DNA of 31,097 nt, from IMG/VR virus record IMGVR_UViG_3300030372_001056, positions 1 to 31,097 of that record, one strand, 5' to 3'. The notes beneath the pieces are model-generated. The model saw only the letters and a program-made list of their open reading frames with translations, searched no databases and was not told where the DNA came from. The stretch comes from a virus (lineage: Duplodnaviria > Caudoviricetes). Positions 10,712 to 20,077 of this stretch are shown here, one piece after another (the stretch's first letter is position 1; every line of letters begins with the position of its first letter). The position numbers and the translations under genes were made by a program.

Positions 10712-10745
10712 TTGACAATATAATGTTAAACACCTATATTGTCAA
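10712..10745. promoter_or_regulatory. Symmetric bidirectional sigma70-type promoter
   Basis: TTGACAATATA-N12-TATATTGTCAA inverted repeat gives TTGACA-17bp-TATATT on both strands, between the divergent helicase and replication genes. Confidence 0.85.
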
Positions 10746-10747
10746 GC

Positions 10748-11104
10748 ATGAAAGAAAATATAGTTTATGTCATACAAGAAATTCCTGGAACAAAATCTGG
10801 TAATCCTAAAATTAATATTATGGGTGCATCTGATTATGGTAAAATAAAATTTTTACTTCCAGAACTTTCTCAAATAATATTTTCTCCTGGTCCTTTAATT
10901 TTTAAATTAAGGAAAACTTTAAAAGATTTTAAAGAAGGAGATTATTTATTATTAACAGGGGATCCTGCAATAATAGGTGTAACATGTTCTATAGTTTCTG
11001 ATATTACTAATGGAAAATACAATCTATTGAAATGGGATAAACAAGAAAGAAAATATTATCCTATTGAAATTAATTTATACGAGAAAGGAGAAATTAATGA
11101 TTGA
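10748..11104 (+). CDS. Conserved phage hypothetical protein
   Basis: ATG at 10748 preferred over TTG 10739, which lies inside the -10 box; GDYLLLTGDPAIIG motif. Confidence 0.7.
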   Translation: MKENIVYVIQEIPGTKSGNPKINIMGASDYGKIKFLLPELSQIIFSPGPLIFKLRKTLKDFKEGDYLLLTGDPAIIGVTCSIVSDITNGKYNLLKWDKQERKYYPIEINLYEKGEIND

Positions 11105-11645
11105 TTTTGAAAAAGACCAGCAAGAGGTTATTAAAAAGACTGACAACATTCAGTCTCTTGCAGACCAAGTAGAAAAACTAGACTCATTACAAAAGAGACT
11201 AGAACTACAAGAAGAAAACATAAAGAACACTAAAAAGGAATTAGACCATCTATCCGCAGAGGTTATTCCAACTATGATGTCTGAGATGGGTTTATCTCAT
11301 CTTAAACTTATGGACGGATCTTCGGTAGATGTTAAGCCGCACTACAGCGCTACGATTACAAAAGCGAATCAAGAAGCGGCGTTTAACTGGCTTCGTAACA
11401 ATGGACTAGGAGATATAATCAAAAACGAGATACTCGTGTCTTTTGGTCGCAACGAAGATAACAAGGCAGCTGATTATGCTGCTCTTGCAGCAGAGCGTGG
11501 GTACCAACCGACACAAAAGTTGAAGGTTGAACCCATGACTCTCAAAGCGTTAGTCCGTGAACGTTTAGAGGCAGGTAAAGAAATGCCAACGGAAATTTTC
11601 AACGTGTTCGTTGGAAATAAAACAACAATAAAAAGGAAACAATAA
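11097..11645 (+). CDS. Phage hypothetical protein with N-terminal coiled coil (replication module)
   Basis: ATG 11097 follows an AAGGAG RBS; AAFNWLRNNGLGDIIK and VEPMTLKALVRE motifs, typical of the gene preceding SSB in this type of module. Confidence 0.7.
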   Translation: MIDFEKDQQEVIKKTDNIQSLADQVEKLDSLQKRLELQEENIKNTKKELDHLSAEVIPTMMSEMGLSHLKLMDGSSVDVKPHYSATITKANQEAAFNWLRNNGLGDIIKNEILVSFGRNEDNKAADYAALAAERGYQPTQKLKVEPMTLKALVRERLEAGKEMPTEIFNVFVGNKTTIKRKQ

Positions 11646-11647
11646 AC

Positions 11648-12409
11648 ATGAACGAAGTAGCAAAAAAAGAAAATGCAGGTGCATTGTCTACGAATTTATT
11701 CGAAGCTGATGCAAATGCTGGCTCGCAGAATATGACGCAAGAGGATCTTGCATTACCATTTCTGAAAGTCTTAGGACAACTATCTCCTGAAGTTAATAAG
11801 AGAGATGGGAAATATGTTGAAGGTGCAGAACCTGGCATGATTCTCAATACTGTCACAAACGAAGTTTTTGATGGTGCTAAAGGAATAGATGTATTGCCGG
11901 TATTCTATGAAAGAAAATATGTAGAATGGCAAGACAGAGGTGAGGGCAAAGGTGCTCCAGTAGCAATTCACAATGCCGATAGTGACATTGTAAGTACAAC
12001 TACTAGAGACAAATCTTTTAAAGATCGTCTACCAAATGGTAATTATCTTGAGAACACTGCAAATCATTTTGTAGTAGTCTTAGGTAATAGTCCACAGACA
12101 GCTTTGATTTCTATGAAAGCGACTCAATTAAAAATTAGTCGTAAGTGGAATTCAATTATGATGGGGATTAAGATGCCAGGTAAGAACGGTTTATTCACAC
12201 CGCCAACTTACAGCCACATTTATAATCTAAAGACTGTTCAAATGTCAAATGACAAAGGAACATGGTTTGGATGGGAAGTGTCTAAAGTAGGTCCCGTTGA
12301 AGATAAATCTGTGTATGAAATTGCAAAAGGTTTTGCTGAAAGATTAGGCAAAGGCGAAGTGCAAGTTAAGCATGGAAACAGCGAAGACAAACAGGATACT
12401 CCATACTAA
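11648..12409 (+). CDS. Putative single-stranded DNA-binding protein
   Basis: DLALPFLKVLGQLSPEV N-terminal motif, aromatic beta-rich core (KGTWFGWEV), acidic tail ending in an aromatic residue (EDKQDTPY); upstream of primase. Confidence 0.6.
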   Translation: MNEVAKKENAGALSTNLFEADANAGSQNMTQEDLALPFLKVLGQLSPEVNKRDGKYVEGAEPGMILNTVTNEVFDGAKGIDVLPVFYERKYVEWQDRGEGKGAPVAIHNADSDIVSTTTRDKSFKDRLPNGNYLENTANHFVVVLGNSPQTALISMKATQLKISRKWNSIMMGIKMPGKNGLFTPPTYSHIYNLKTVQMSNDKGTWFGWEVSKVGPVEDKSVYEIAKGFAERLGKGEVQVKHGNSEDKQDTPY

Positions 12410-12419
12410 TTCCTAGGAG

Positions 12420-12449
12420 CAGGCGGGGAAGCTAGCGTGGAACCGCCTG
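12420..12449 (+). terminator. GC-rich hairpin between SSB and primase (terminator/attenuator or processing site)
   Basis: CAGGCGG (12420-12426) pairs with CCGCCTG (12443-12449); no U-tract follows. Confidence 0.45.
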
Positions 12450-12459
12450 TTAAAAATTT

Positions 12460-13989
12460 ATGTCGGCAATAACAAGTAGAATAGAATATTTTAAAAGTAT
12501 TTTTAATGGATTAGAACGTGCGCACGGTGTCACTTTTATAGACAAGAAAGGTGCGGACGGAGAGAAGATTAAAGGAAAATCTTTTGTTAAAAGAGAACCA
12601 GTCACAGAAGATATGTGGCTTAAACACTTACAAGGAACAGAACCAAGTTTAGGAATCATTCCAATTAATGATGATAATAAATGTGTGTGGGGATGTATTG
12701 ATATAGATTCATACGCAGGATTTGATCATCCAAAATTAATTAACAAAATTAAAAGTTTAAAATTACCATTATTAGTATTTAGATCAAAATCAGGTGGTGC
12801 ACATGTATTCTGTTTTACCACTGTACCTGTAACCGCTAAACTAATGAGAGACAAACTTTTATCTGTTAGTGCAGTATTAGGTTATGGGGGATCAGAAGTA
12901 TTTCCAAAACAAGTAGAATTAAAATCAGAAGAGGATACAGGAAACTTCCTTAACTTACCATACTTTAATGGGGATGATACAACAAGATATTGCTTTGGAG
13001 AAACGGGTGAAGCTGTTGATCTAAAACAATTTTATATATTACATGATATTAATAAATTAACACCAGAACAATTAGAAAAATTAGAAGTTAAAAGACCAGA
13101 ATCTGAATTTAGCGATGGCCCACCATGTATAGAATCATTAACACAAACTAAATTAAAAGATGGAAGAGATAGAGTTATCTATCAATACATTCAATACGCA
13201 AAAAGAAAATGGCCAGAAGATTGGCCTAACAGAATTAATAAATTTAATTATAATTATTTTGATCCACCATTAGATGACAAGACTATTCAAGATAAAATAA
13301 AATTTCATAGTAAAAAAGATCTAGGTTTTAAATGTAATGAAGAACCTATGTGTAATCACTGTGATAAAAAATTATGTAAAGCTAGAGAATTTGGAATTGG
13401 CGGTGAATCTGTATTTCCAGAACTAAATGATTTACAAAAAGTAGAATTAGATGAACCATATTATTGGGTTAATGTAGATGGTGAAAGAGTTAAGTTAGAC
13501 AACATAGATTGTTTGATAGACCAAAGATTATTTAGAAGAACTGTAACAAAACAAATAAATAAAAAACCACCAAGAATAAAACCAAATGAATTTGATAAGT
13601 ATGTAGATTTATTATTAGCAGGTGTTGAAGTAGTGAAAGCGCCTCAAGGATCTTCGATCTTGGATCAATTACAGGATCATTTAGAAGAGTTTTGTTCTAA
13701 TAGAACAGCTAAGTCTACAACTAGAGAAGACATTTTACGTGGTAATGTATGGACGAGTGAAGGAAAACATTATTTTATATTTAGTAAATTTTTTCATGGA
13801 TACCTACAGAGAAAAAAATGGGGAGAAAAAGCACAACCAACTCAACAAATGTTAAAAGAACATTGCGATTGTAAAGATGATAGAATTATCATAGGAAAGA
13901 AAAGACCAAGTGTAATGATTGTTGACGCTTTTGAAAGACCAGAAAATAATTACACACAGAAAAAATTAAAAGAGGATGATCCGTTTTGA
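12460..13989 (+). CDS. Archaeo-eukaryotic primase (primase-polymerase) family protein
   Basis: WGCIDID (DxD), RSKSGGAH (SxSGGxH) and GNFLNLPY motifs; PPC...C-x4-C-x2-C-x4-C cluster similar to a PriL-type metal-binding domain. Confidence 0.8.
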   Translation: MSAITSRIEYFKSIFNGLERAHGVTFIDKKGADGEKIKGKSFVKREPVTEDMWLKHLQGTEPSLGIIPINDDNKCVWGCIDIDSYAGFDHPKLINKIKSLKLPLLVFRSKSGGAHVFCFTTVPVTAKLMRDKLLSVSAVLGYGGSEVFPKQVELKSEEDTGNFLNLPYFNGDDTTRYCFGETGEAVDLKQFYILHDINKLTPEQLEKLEVKRPESEFSDGPPCIESLTQTKLKDGRDRVIYQYIQYAKRKWPEDWPNRINKFNYNYFDPPLDDKTIQDKIKFHSKKDLGFKCNEEPMCNHCDKKLCKAREFGIGGESVFPELNDLQKVELDEPYYWVNVDGERVKLDNIDCLIDQRLFRRTVTKQINKKPPRIKPNEFDKYVDLLLAGVEVVKAPQGSSILDQLQDHLEEFCSNRTAKSTTREDILRGNVWTSEGKHYFIFSKFFHGYLQRKKWGEKAQPTQQMLKEHCDCKDDRIIIGKKRPSVMIVDAFERPENNYTQKKLKEDDPF

Positions 13990-14528
13990 TTAGAGACCAA
14001 TTATATTTATTTGAAGAACATAATCCATTTAATACAACTATTAAAAACGTTGATTATGTGGACATACAAACATTACCATATGATCCACAAAGAAAAAAAT
14101 ATAGTCATATAGATTTACAATACAGTGCTCTTCCTAAAAATACTTATATTGTTTTTAAAACAGGGGGAGTTCATTCTTTATATAAAGATAAAGGGGCTAT
14201 ATTTCCTTATGTTAAAAATATTGTAACTGGAAAAGTTCTTACATTTAATTCTGGTCACACAGATCTTTATCCTAAATTTTCTATGCAAACTGTCGATCAA
14301 GGACCAATATATGCTCGTATACATAGAGTATTGGGTTTAGCCTTTCTCCCTAATCCTGACCTGCAAAACGAAAAGCACGAGTGGGTGGTAGGACATAAAG
14401 ATGACAATGTATTTAATTATAGAATTGAAAATTTAATATGGTTGACTCAACAACAAAACCAACAAATGGTTGGCAACAGGCAAGAAAAATCTGATGCGTG
14501 GAAAAAAAATTTAGAAAAAATAAAATGA
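13986..14528 (+). CDS. Free-standing HNH homing endonuclease
   Basis: RIHRVLGLAFLPNP...VVGHKDDNVFNYRIENLIWLTQQQN matches the phage HNH_3 pattern; overlaps both neighbours by 4 nt. Confidence 0.8.
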   Translation: MIRDQLYLFEEHNPFNTTIKNVDYVDIQTLPYDPQRKKYSHIDLQYSALPKNTYIVFKTGGVHSLYKDKGAIFPYVKNIVTGKVLTFNSGHTDLYPKFSMQTVDQGPIYARIHRVLGLAFLPNPDLQNEKHEWVVGHKDDNVFNYRIENLIWLTQQQNQQMVGNRQEKSDAWKKNLEKIK

Positions 14529-16018
14529 AAACAATAGTATTAGGGCCACCAGGAACTGGAAAGACTCACACACTTTTAAATAAAGTAGATGATTATTTAA
14601 AACAAACTGATCCAGATAAAGTAGGTTATTTTGCATTTACCAAGAAAGCAGCTAACGAAGCAAAGGACAGAGCTATGGATAAATTTAATTTATCTGAAGA
14701 TGACCTTCCATATTTTAGAACTTTACATTCATTAGCATTTAAAAGACTTGGTATTAATAAAGAAAATGTTATGCAACGTAGACATTACGAAGACTTAGGT
14801 AAAAAAATAAATTTACCATTAGACTATAATGATTATGATGAAGAAGAAACAGGATTGTTTACCACTAAAAGTGATTATCTTAGAATTATTAATCTAGCTA
14901 AACTTAGAAACATTACAGTAGACCAGCAATTTAATCTTGGAGAACACAACCAAGATGTAGAATATGACAAACTAACTATCATTGCTAATGAATTAGATAG
15001 GTATAAAAAAGAATATGGTCTAATAGATTTTAATGACATGATATTAGACTTTGTTAAGTCAGACAAATCTCCTAAATTTGATGTGGTATTCATTGACGAG
15101 GCTCAAGACTTATCTCGTATGCAATGGGATATGGTTAATCATTTTAATACACAGGATTCTTTTATAGCTGGTGATGATGACCAGGCTATATTTAGATGGG
15201 CTGGAGCAGATGTAGATAGATTTATTACGCAGACAGGAAAGATGTTACATTTAACTCAATCAATGCGTATACCAAGAAGTGTTCACGACTTTGCTATGAA
15301 AATTATAGAACGAGTCTCTAATAGAATACATAAAGAATGGAAACCAAAAACTGTTGAAGGATCTGTAAATATGTATGAATCCTTTGAAGATGTTGATTTA
15401 AGAACCGGTGAGTGGATGGTTTTAACAAGAACTAGGCACATGCTGGATGCAATAGAGGAGACTTTAAAGACCAGGGGTTTATATTTTGAAAATAAATTTA
15501 AAAAATCTTTTGAAAAAGATATTCAAGAAGCAGCTATTGATTGGCATAATTTATTAAAAGGACACCTATTAAGCTATAGACAATTAGAAAGTATTGCTAA
15601 GTATATGGGTCCAAGTCATTGGCATAAGAAAAAAATGAAAGGAATGGTTAAAGAATCTTATTATGGAATTGATCAATTAATTAAAGACTATGGTCTTCAA
15701 GTAAAGACAGATTGGTTTGAAGCATTTGATGACTGTTCAAACGATAGAAAAGAGTATATAAGAGCTATGAGAAGAAATGGAGAAAGTTTGAAAGAAAATC
15801 CTCGTATACATTTATCAACTATACACAGTGTAAAAGGTGGTGAAAAACAAAACGTAGTTTTACTTACAGACCTTACACACAATACAAACAAAGCTTACGA
15901 AAAAAATCCGGACGATGAGAACAGATTATTTTATGTAGGTGCAACCAGAGCAAAAGAAAATTTACATGTTATCCAACCTAAGGATGATTATAAAAGTTTT
16001 CAGTTAGGAAATCTATGA
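14525..16018 (+). CDS. UvrD/Rep-like SF1 DNA helicase
   Basis: GPPGTGKT, FRTLHS, IDEAQD, GDDDQAIF, STIHSVKGGE and LFYVGATRAK motifs; ATG 14525 overlaps the HNH stop (ATGA). Confidence 0.93.
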   Translation: MKTIVLGPPGTGKTHTLLNKVDDYLKQTDPDKVGYFAFTKKAANEAKDRAMDKFNLSEDDLPYFRTLHSLAFKRLGINKENVMQRRHYEDLGKKINLPLDYNDYDEEETGLFTTKSDYLRIINLAKLRNITVDQQFNLGEHNQDVEYDKLTIIANELDRYKKEYGLIDFNDMILDFVKSDKSPKFDVVFIDEAQDLSRMQWDMVNHFNTQDSFIAGDDDQAIFRWAGADVDRFITQTGKMLHLTQSMRIPRSVHDFAMKIIERVSNRIHKEWKPKTVEGSVNMYESFEDVDLRTGEWMVLTRTRHMLDAIEETLKTRGLYFENKFKKSFEKDIQEAAIDWHNLLKGHLLSYRQLESIAKYMGPSHWHKKKMKGMVKESYYGIDQLIKDYGLQVKTDWFEAFDDCSNDRKEYIRAMRRNGESLKENPRIHLSTIHSVKGGEKQNVVLLTDLTHNTNKAYEKNPDDENRLFYVGATRAKENLHVIQPKDDYKSFQLGNL

Positions 16019-16284
16019 GTGTTTGGGATAAACAACACGGCGGGAGTCACTATCAAAATTTTAAAATCCAACCTAGCAAGTTTGTAGTAGAGAATGAATT
16101 GCTTTTTCCGGAAGGATGCGCTATAAAATATATATGTCGTCACAGACTGAAAGGAAAGAAGGAAGATATATTAAAAGCTATACACTTTTTAGAAATGATA
16201 CTTGAAAGAGATTATAAAGAAATAGAAGAACCAAAAGAAAATAAACCAGAAGACAAACCTAACACATGGGGAATAATTAAATGA
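16015..16284 (+). CDS. DUF3310 / T7 gp1.7-like nucleotide kinase family protein
   Basis: QHGGSHY...IQP...EGCAIKYICRH..KG..EDILKAIHFLE pattern. Confidence 0.75.
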   Translation: MSVWDKQHGGSHYQNFKIQPSKFVVENELLFPEGCAIKYICRHRLKGKKEDILKAIHFLEMILERDYKEIEEPKENKPEDKPNTWGIIK

Positions 16285-18128
16285 TACAAAAACCTTTATT
16301 TGCACCACAAGTAGAGTGGACACCACCACAAGAATTTCCAGATTTATCTAAGTATGAAGAGATAGCAATTGATTTAGAAACAAAAGATCCGGAACTAATT
16401 AAAATGGGATCAGGTTCAGTAACTGGTAGAGGAGAAATGGTTGGTATAGCTGTAGCTGTACATGATTGGTCTGGTTATTATCCAATAGCTCACGAAGGTG
16501 GTGGCAACATGGATAAGAAAAAAGTTTTAAAATGGTTTCAAGGAGTCCTTGACACCGACGCTACAAAAATATTTCATAACGCCATGTATGACGTGTGCTT
16601 TATACGCGCGACAGGTTTAAGTATTAACGGTAAAATAGTTGACACGATGATTGCATCGGCCGTGGTTGATGAAAATCAAATGCGTTATGACCTAAACAAC
16701 TGTGCTAAACGATACACTGGAAAAACAAAAAGTGAAACAAATTTATATGAAGCAGCAAAGAGTTGGGGGGTTGACGCTAAAGCAGAAATGTATAAACTAC
16801 CTGCCATTTATGTTGGCGAGTATGCAGAAAAAGATGCTGAAATAACTTTAGCTCTTTGGCAAGAACTTAAGAAAGAAATTTTACACCAAGATATACAATC
16901 TATTTTTGATTTAGAGACCGAACTATTTCCCTGCCTCGTCGATATGAGATTTTTAGGAGTGCGTGTAGACGTTCAAGGTGCTCATAAATTAAAGCAACAG
17001 TTAGTTGAACAAGAAAAAGAATTCCTACACAAAGTAAAAAAAGAAACACAAGTAGACGTTCAAATATGGGCTGCACGTTCCATTGAGCAAGTTTTTCAAA
17101 AACTCTCCCTACCATATGACCGAACCGATAAAACAAATTCTCCATCTTTTACTAAAAACTTTTTGCAGAATCACCCCCACCCAACAGTGAAACTAATTGC
17201 CCAGGCTCGTGAAATAAACAAGGCCCATACCACCTTCATTGATACCATATTAAAACATAATCATAAAGGACGAATTCATGCTGAAATTAATCAGCTTAGA
17301 TCAGATAATGGCGGAACTGTGACAGGCAGATTCAGCTATTCAAACCCAAATTTACAGCAAATACCAGCTAGAAACAAAGACCTTGGACCACGGATTAGGT
17401 CGTTATTTATACCTGAGGAGGGCCATACATGGGGTTGTTTTGACTATTCTCAGCAAGAGCCTAGGTTGGTAGTGCATTATGCTGCTTTACAGAATCTCTA
17501 TGGAGTGGACGAAGTATTGGAAGCCTACCGAGAGGGGGATGCCGACTTTCATACGATTGTCGCTGACATGGCAGAGATACCTAGATCACAGGCCAAGACT
17601 ATAAATCTTGGTCTGTTCTATGGTATGGGTAAAAATAAATTACAAGCAGAACTCGGTGTGTCTAAAGATAAAGCGGAAGATCTATTTAGACAGTATCATG
17701 ACAAAGTGCCATTTGTTAAAAAACTTATGGACAATGTAATGAGCAGAGCACAGAACGCTGGTAAGATTAGAACGTTACTTGGAAGACTGTGCAGGTTTCA
17801 TCTATGGGAACCAAATCAATTTGGTATTCATAAGGCATTGCCTCACGATGCAGCGCTCTTGGAACACGGACCAGGGATTAAACGTGCTTATACATACAAA
17901 GCATTAAACAGATTAATACAGGGCTCGGCAGCGGACATGACAAAGAAAGCTATGATTGAATTACATAAAGAAAAAATTATTCCACATATACAAGTTCACG
18001 ATGAACTAGATGTCTCAGTTAATAATAATTCAGATAAAATAAAAGAGATTATGGAACATGCAGTTTCACTTGAAGTTCCTAATAAAGTAGACTATGAATC
18101 TGGACCCAATTGGGGTACAATAAAATAG
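16281..18128 (+). CDS. polA: Family A DNA polymerase with 3'-5' exonuclease domain
   Basis: Exo I DLET, Exo II FHNAMYD, Exo III YAEKD; TGRFSYSNPNLQQIP; motif A DYSQQEPR, motif B RSQAKTINLGLFYG, motif C VHDEL; no 5'-3' exonuclease domain. Confidence 0.96.
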   Translation: MIQKPLFAPQVEWTPPQEFPDLSKYEEIAIDLETKDPELIKMGSGSVTGRGEMVGIAVAVHDWSGYYPIAHEGGGNMDKKKVLKWFQGVLDTDATKIFHNAMYDVCFIRATGLSINGKIVDTMIASAVVDENQMRYDLNNCAKRYTGKTKSETNLYEAAKSWGVDAKAEMYKLPAIYVGEYAEKDAEITLALWQELKKEILHQDIQSIFDLETELFPCLVDMRFLGVRVDVQGAHKLKQQLVEQEKEFLHKVKKETQVDVQIWAARSIEQVFQKLSLPYDRTDKTNSPSFTKNFLQNHPHPTVKLIAQAREINKAHTTFIDTILKHNHKGRIHAEINQLRSDNGGTVTGRFSYSNPNLQQIPARNKDLGPRIRSLFIPEEGHTWGCFDYSQQEPRLVVHYAALQNLYGVDEVLEAYREGDADFHTIVADMAEIPRSQAKTINLGLFYGMGKNKLQAELGVSKDKAEDLFRQYHDKVPFVKKLMDNVMSRAQNAGKIRTLLGRLCRFHLWEPNQFGIHKALPHDAALLEHGPGIKRAYTYKALNRLIQGSAADMTKKAMIELHKEKIIPHIQVHDELDVSVNNNSDKIKEIMEHAVSLEVPNKVDYESGPNWGTIK

Positions 18129-18139
18129 AGGAGGAAACT

Positions 18140-18244
18140 ATGATAAAAAAATACATAGATAAAGTAATGGTTTGGCAATTACATAACAGAAGAGAAATCA
18201 TTTGTTTTGTAGCTGGATTAGTTATTGGCTCAATCATATTATAA
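18140..18244 (+). CDS. 34-aa membrane microprotein (not in ORF track)
   Basis: GAGGAGG RBS; MIKKYIDKVMVWQLHNRREIICFVAGLVIGSIIL*; fills the gap between polA and the next gene. Confidence 0.7.
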   Translation: MIKKYIDKVMVWQLHNRREIICFVAGLVIGSIIL

Positions 18245-18250
18245 TGTCTT

Positions 18251-18907
18251 ATGGCATATCTGAATGCAAACATTCCTGTGACGTATGCACAGATCAGGAG
18301 AGAGTATCTCTATGATCTTAAAGATCATCATGGCGAAGTTGAAGATTGTATTATCTTCGGTTTGGCTTCGATTACTGGTCGCCCGATTTTGTTCCACGCA
18401 ATTATGGAAAACGGTGCAGTCTTCTACCGCCTACCAATCTCTGCATTTATACAAAGAGGATTTGAAGCAAAAGAAGTTCCTCAACGTAGACTTGATGAAT
18501 TGGAGTTATGGAATTGTTTTAGTTATTATCCTGCTATCACTACTTACGATATCTTAGAAGGCCAAGCCGGTAGATACTTTGGTAAAGATAAAAAAATACA
18601 TCCAGGAAAATATTTATTTACTGTTGACTGGGGACACCCAGAGAGTAATATAGTAGATACTGATCATTCAGAAATTCCGCACGAACATAAGTGCGCACAC
18701 ATACTTGCGTTAGACGACGGCAACTATGCGGCACAGCCAAACAATCGTATACTCTGGGACATACCATCATTTACAGTTAAGAATGAAACTCCTGACTGGA
18801 AAGTGCAAACAAGTGATTGGAATGTAGAGAATACAGGTAAGTGGAAAACAGAAGATACTGATAAGTTCTTCTATAATATTGAGGAAAAAAAAGATGAATC
18901 TAGTTGA
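18251..18907 (+). CDS. Conserved phage hypothetical protein
   Basis: 218 aa, globular composition; EHKCAH and QPNNR motifs; function not recognised. Confidence 0.75.
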   Translation: MAYLNANIPVTYAQIRREYLYDLKDHHGEVEDCIIFGLASITGRPILFHAIMENGAVFYRLPISAFIQRGFEAKEVPQRRLDELELWNCFSYYPAITTYDILEGQAGRYFGKDKKIHPGKYLFTVDWGHPESNIVDTDHSEIPHEHKCAHILALDDGNYAAQPNNRILWDIPSFTVKNETPDWKVQTSDWNVENTGKWKTEDTDKFFYNIEEKKDESS

Positions 18908-19193
18908 TTTACTTAAAAAAAATATTGTTATGGTGCCTATTGTAGCATCATTAGTAGTTGGAACGTTTACTGGTGTTCGTTACATTGTTAATCTAACTGA
19001 TACTATTGATTCCAATGAACAAAGACTTACAAATATAGAAAGAGATTTAACTCAATTAACAAAAAATATTAATGATATAAATACAAGATTATCTTCTGCA
19101 GAAGCAACATGGCAGATGGCAGAAAATTTATACAGACAATTAGCAGATCAAGTTAGAGAACATGACTATGATATTAAAGATTTAAATAGGTAG
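18894..19193 (+). CDS. N-terminal TM plus coiled-coil membrane protein
   Basis: ATG 18894 after GAGG; IVMVPIVASLVVGTFTGV hydrophobic segment followed by heptad repeats. Confidence 0.65.
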   Translation: MNLVDLLKKNIVMVPIVASLVVGTFTGVRYIVNLTDTIDSNEQRLTNIERDLTQLTKNINDINTRLSSAEATWQMAENLYRQLADQVREHDYDIKDLNR

Positions 19194-19214
19194 TTATGTA
19201 TGGAGGATGCCAGG

Positions 19215-19748
19215 ATGAATTATTACTTTACAGGTGTGTTAATTATATTAATGACGTTACTAGCGTTCTGTACAACTCCAGCGTATCCAAGAAATGAGTA
19301 TCTCAATGACGGTACTAATACTTGTAGTACTGGTTCTTTTGACATATCGGTCGAACAAAGAGATTCGGAAAATAGGTATAGACACAATAATCCTGATAAT
19401 AATTATAATAGTCCTAGTGATGATCAATCGATAAGATTTACTTGGAGAAAATATTTAGGTTCTGCCTGCACAAAAGAGTTTAGAAAAGTTCAAACAGAAA
19501 ATGTACAGTTAAAACAACAGTTAGAACTCATGAAAATGTGTGGAAAAGTCAACAATAATCCCACTATTCAACGTAACGAAAACTTCAAATTGCTAGTTTC
19601 TAAATGTTCTGGTATAATTATTCCGGAAAATAAAAAGCCCGAAGGCAGTCATTGGGATGATCTAAAAGATAATTATAAAAAAGAAAATCCCGATATAAAA
19701 CTGATGGGTGATAAATTTATTGGACCAAAAGAAAATGGAGAAAACTAA
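19215..19748 (+). CDS. Secreted/periplasmic Cys-containing protein
   Basis: ATG 19215 after GGAGG (alternative start 19200); signal-peptide-like N-terminus; four Cys in the mature part. Confidence 0.6.
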   Translation: MNYYFTGVLIILMTLLAFCTTPAYPRNEYLNDGTNTCSTGSFDISVEQRDSENRYRHNNPDNNYNSPSDDQSIRFTWRKYLGSACTKEFRKVQTENVQLKQQLELMKMCGKVNNNPTIQRNENFKLLVSKCSGIIIPENKKPEGSHWDDLKDNYKKENPDIKLMGDKFIGPKENGEN

Positions 19749-20077
19749 TGGATAAATCAATTAAAGGAAGAAGTAGAATTCTTAGATCAACTGGTGGAGA
19801 TGTTATAAAAACAAGAGACATCGATGGAGATGGAATGAAATCTGGTTGGGAAAAAGCTAGAGCTAAAGGAATGGCTGAAGGAATGGGAAAACGTTTTGAA
19901 GCTAAAAAAGGCGGGAAGGCTACTCATAAAACTAAAGATGGACGAACGGTTAAGAAAGGCCTTTGGTACAACATTCATCAAAAAAGAAAAAGAGGCGGCA
20001 AACCTAGAAAGCCTGGATCAAAAGGCGCACCAACTGCAGCAGCTTTTAAAAGAAGTCAAAAGACGAGTAAAAAATAA
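19748..20077 (+). CDS. Highly basic small protein
   Basis: Lys/Arg/Gly-rich; KGLWYNIHQKRKR...KPGSKGAPT motif; translationally coupled. Confidence 0.7.
   Translation: MDKSIKGRSRILRSTGGDVIKTRDIDGDGMKSGWEKARAKGMAEGMGKRFEAKKGGKATHKTKDGRTVKKGLWYNIHQKRKRGGKPRKPGSKGAPTAAAFKRSQKTSKK

Noticed and set aside
13986-14528. HNH or LAGLIDADG ORFs as parts of group I introns or inteins
   Set aside because: Flanking genes are complete, with no interrupted reading frames, non-coding intron core or intein splice motifs.
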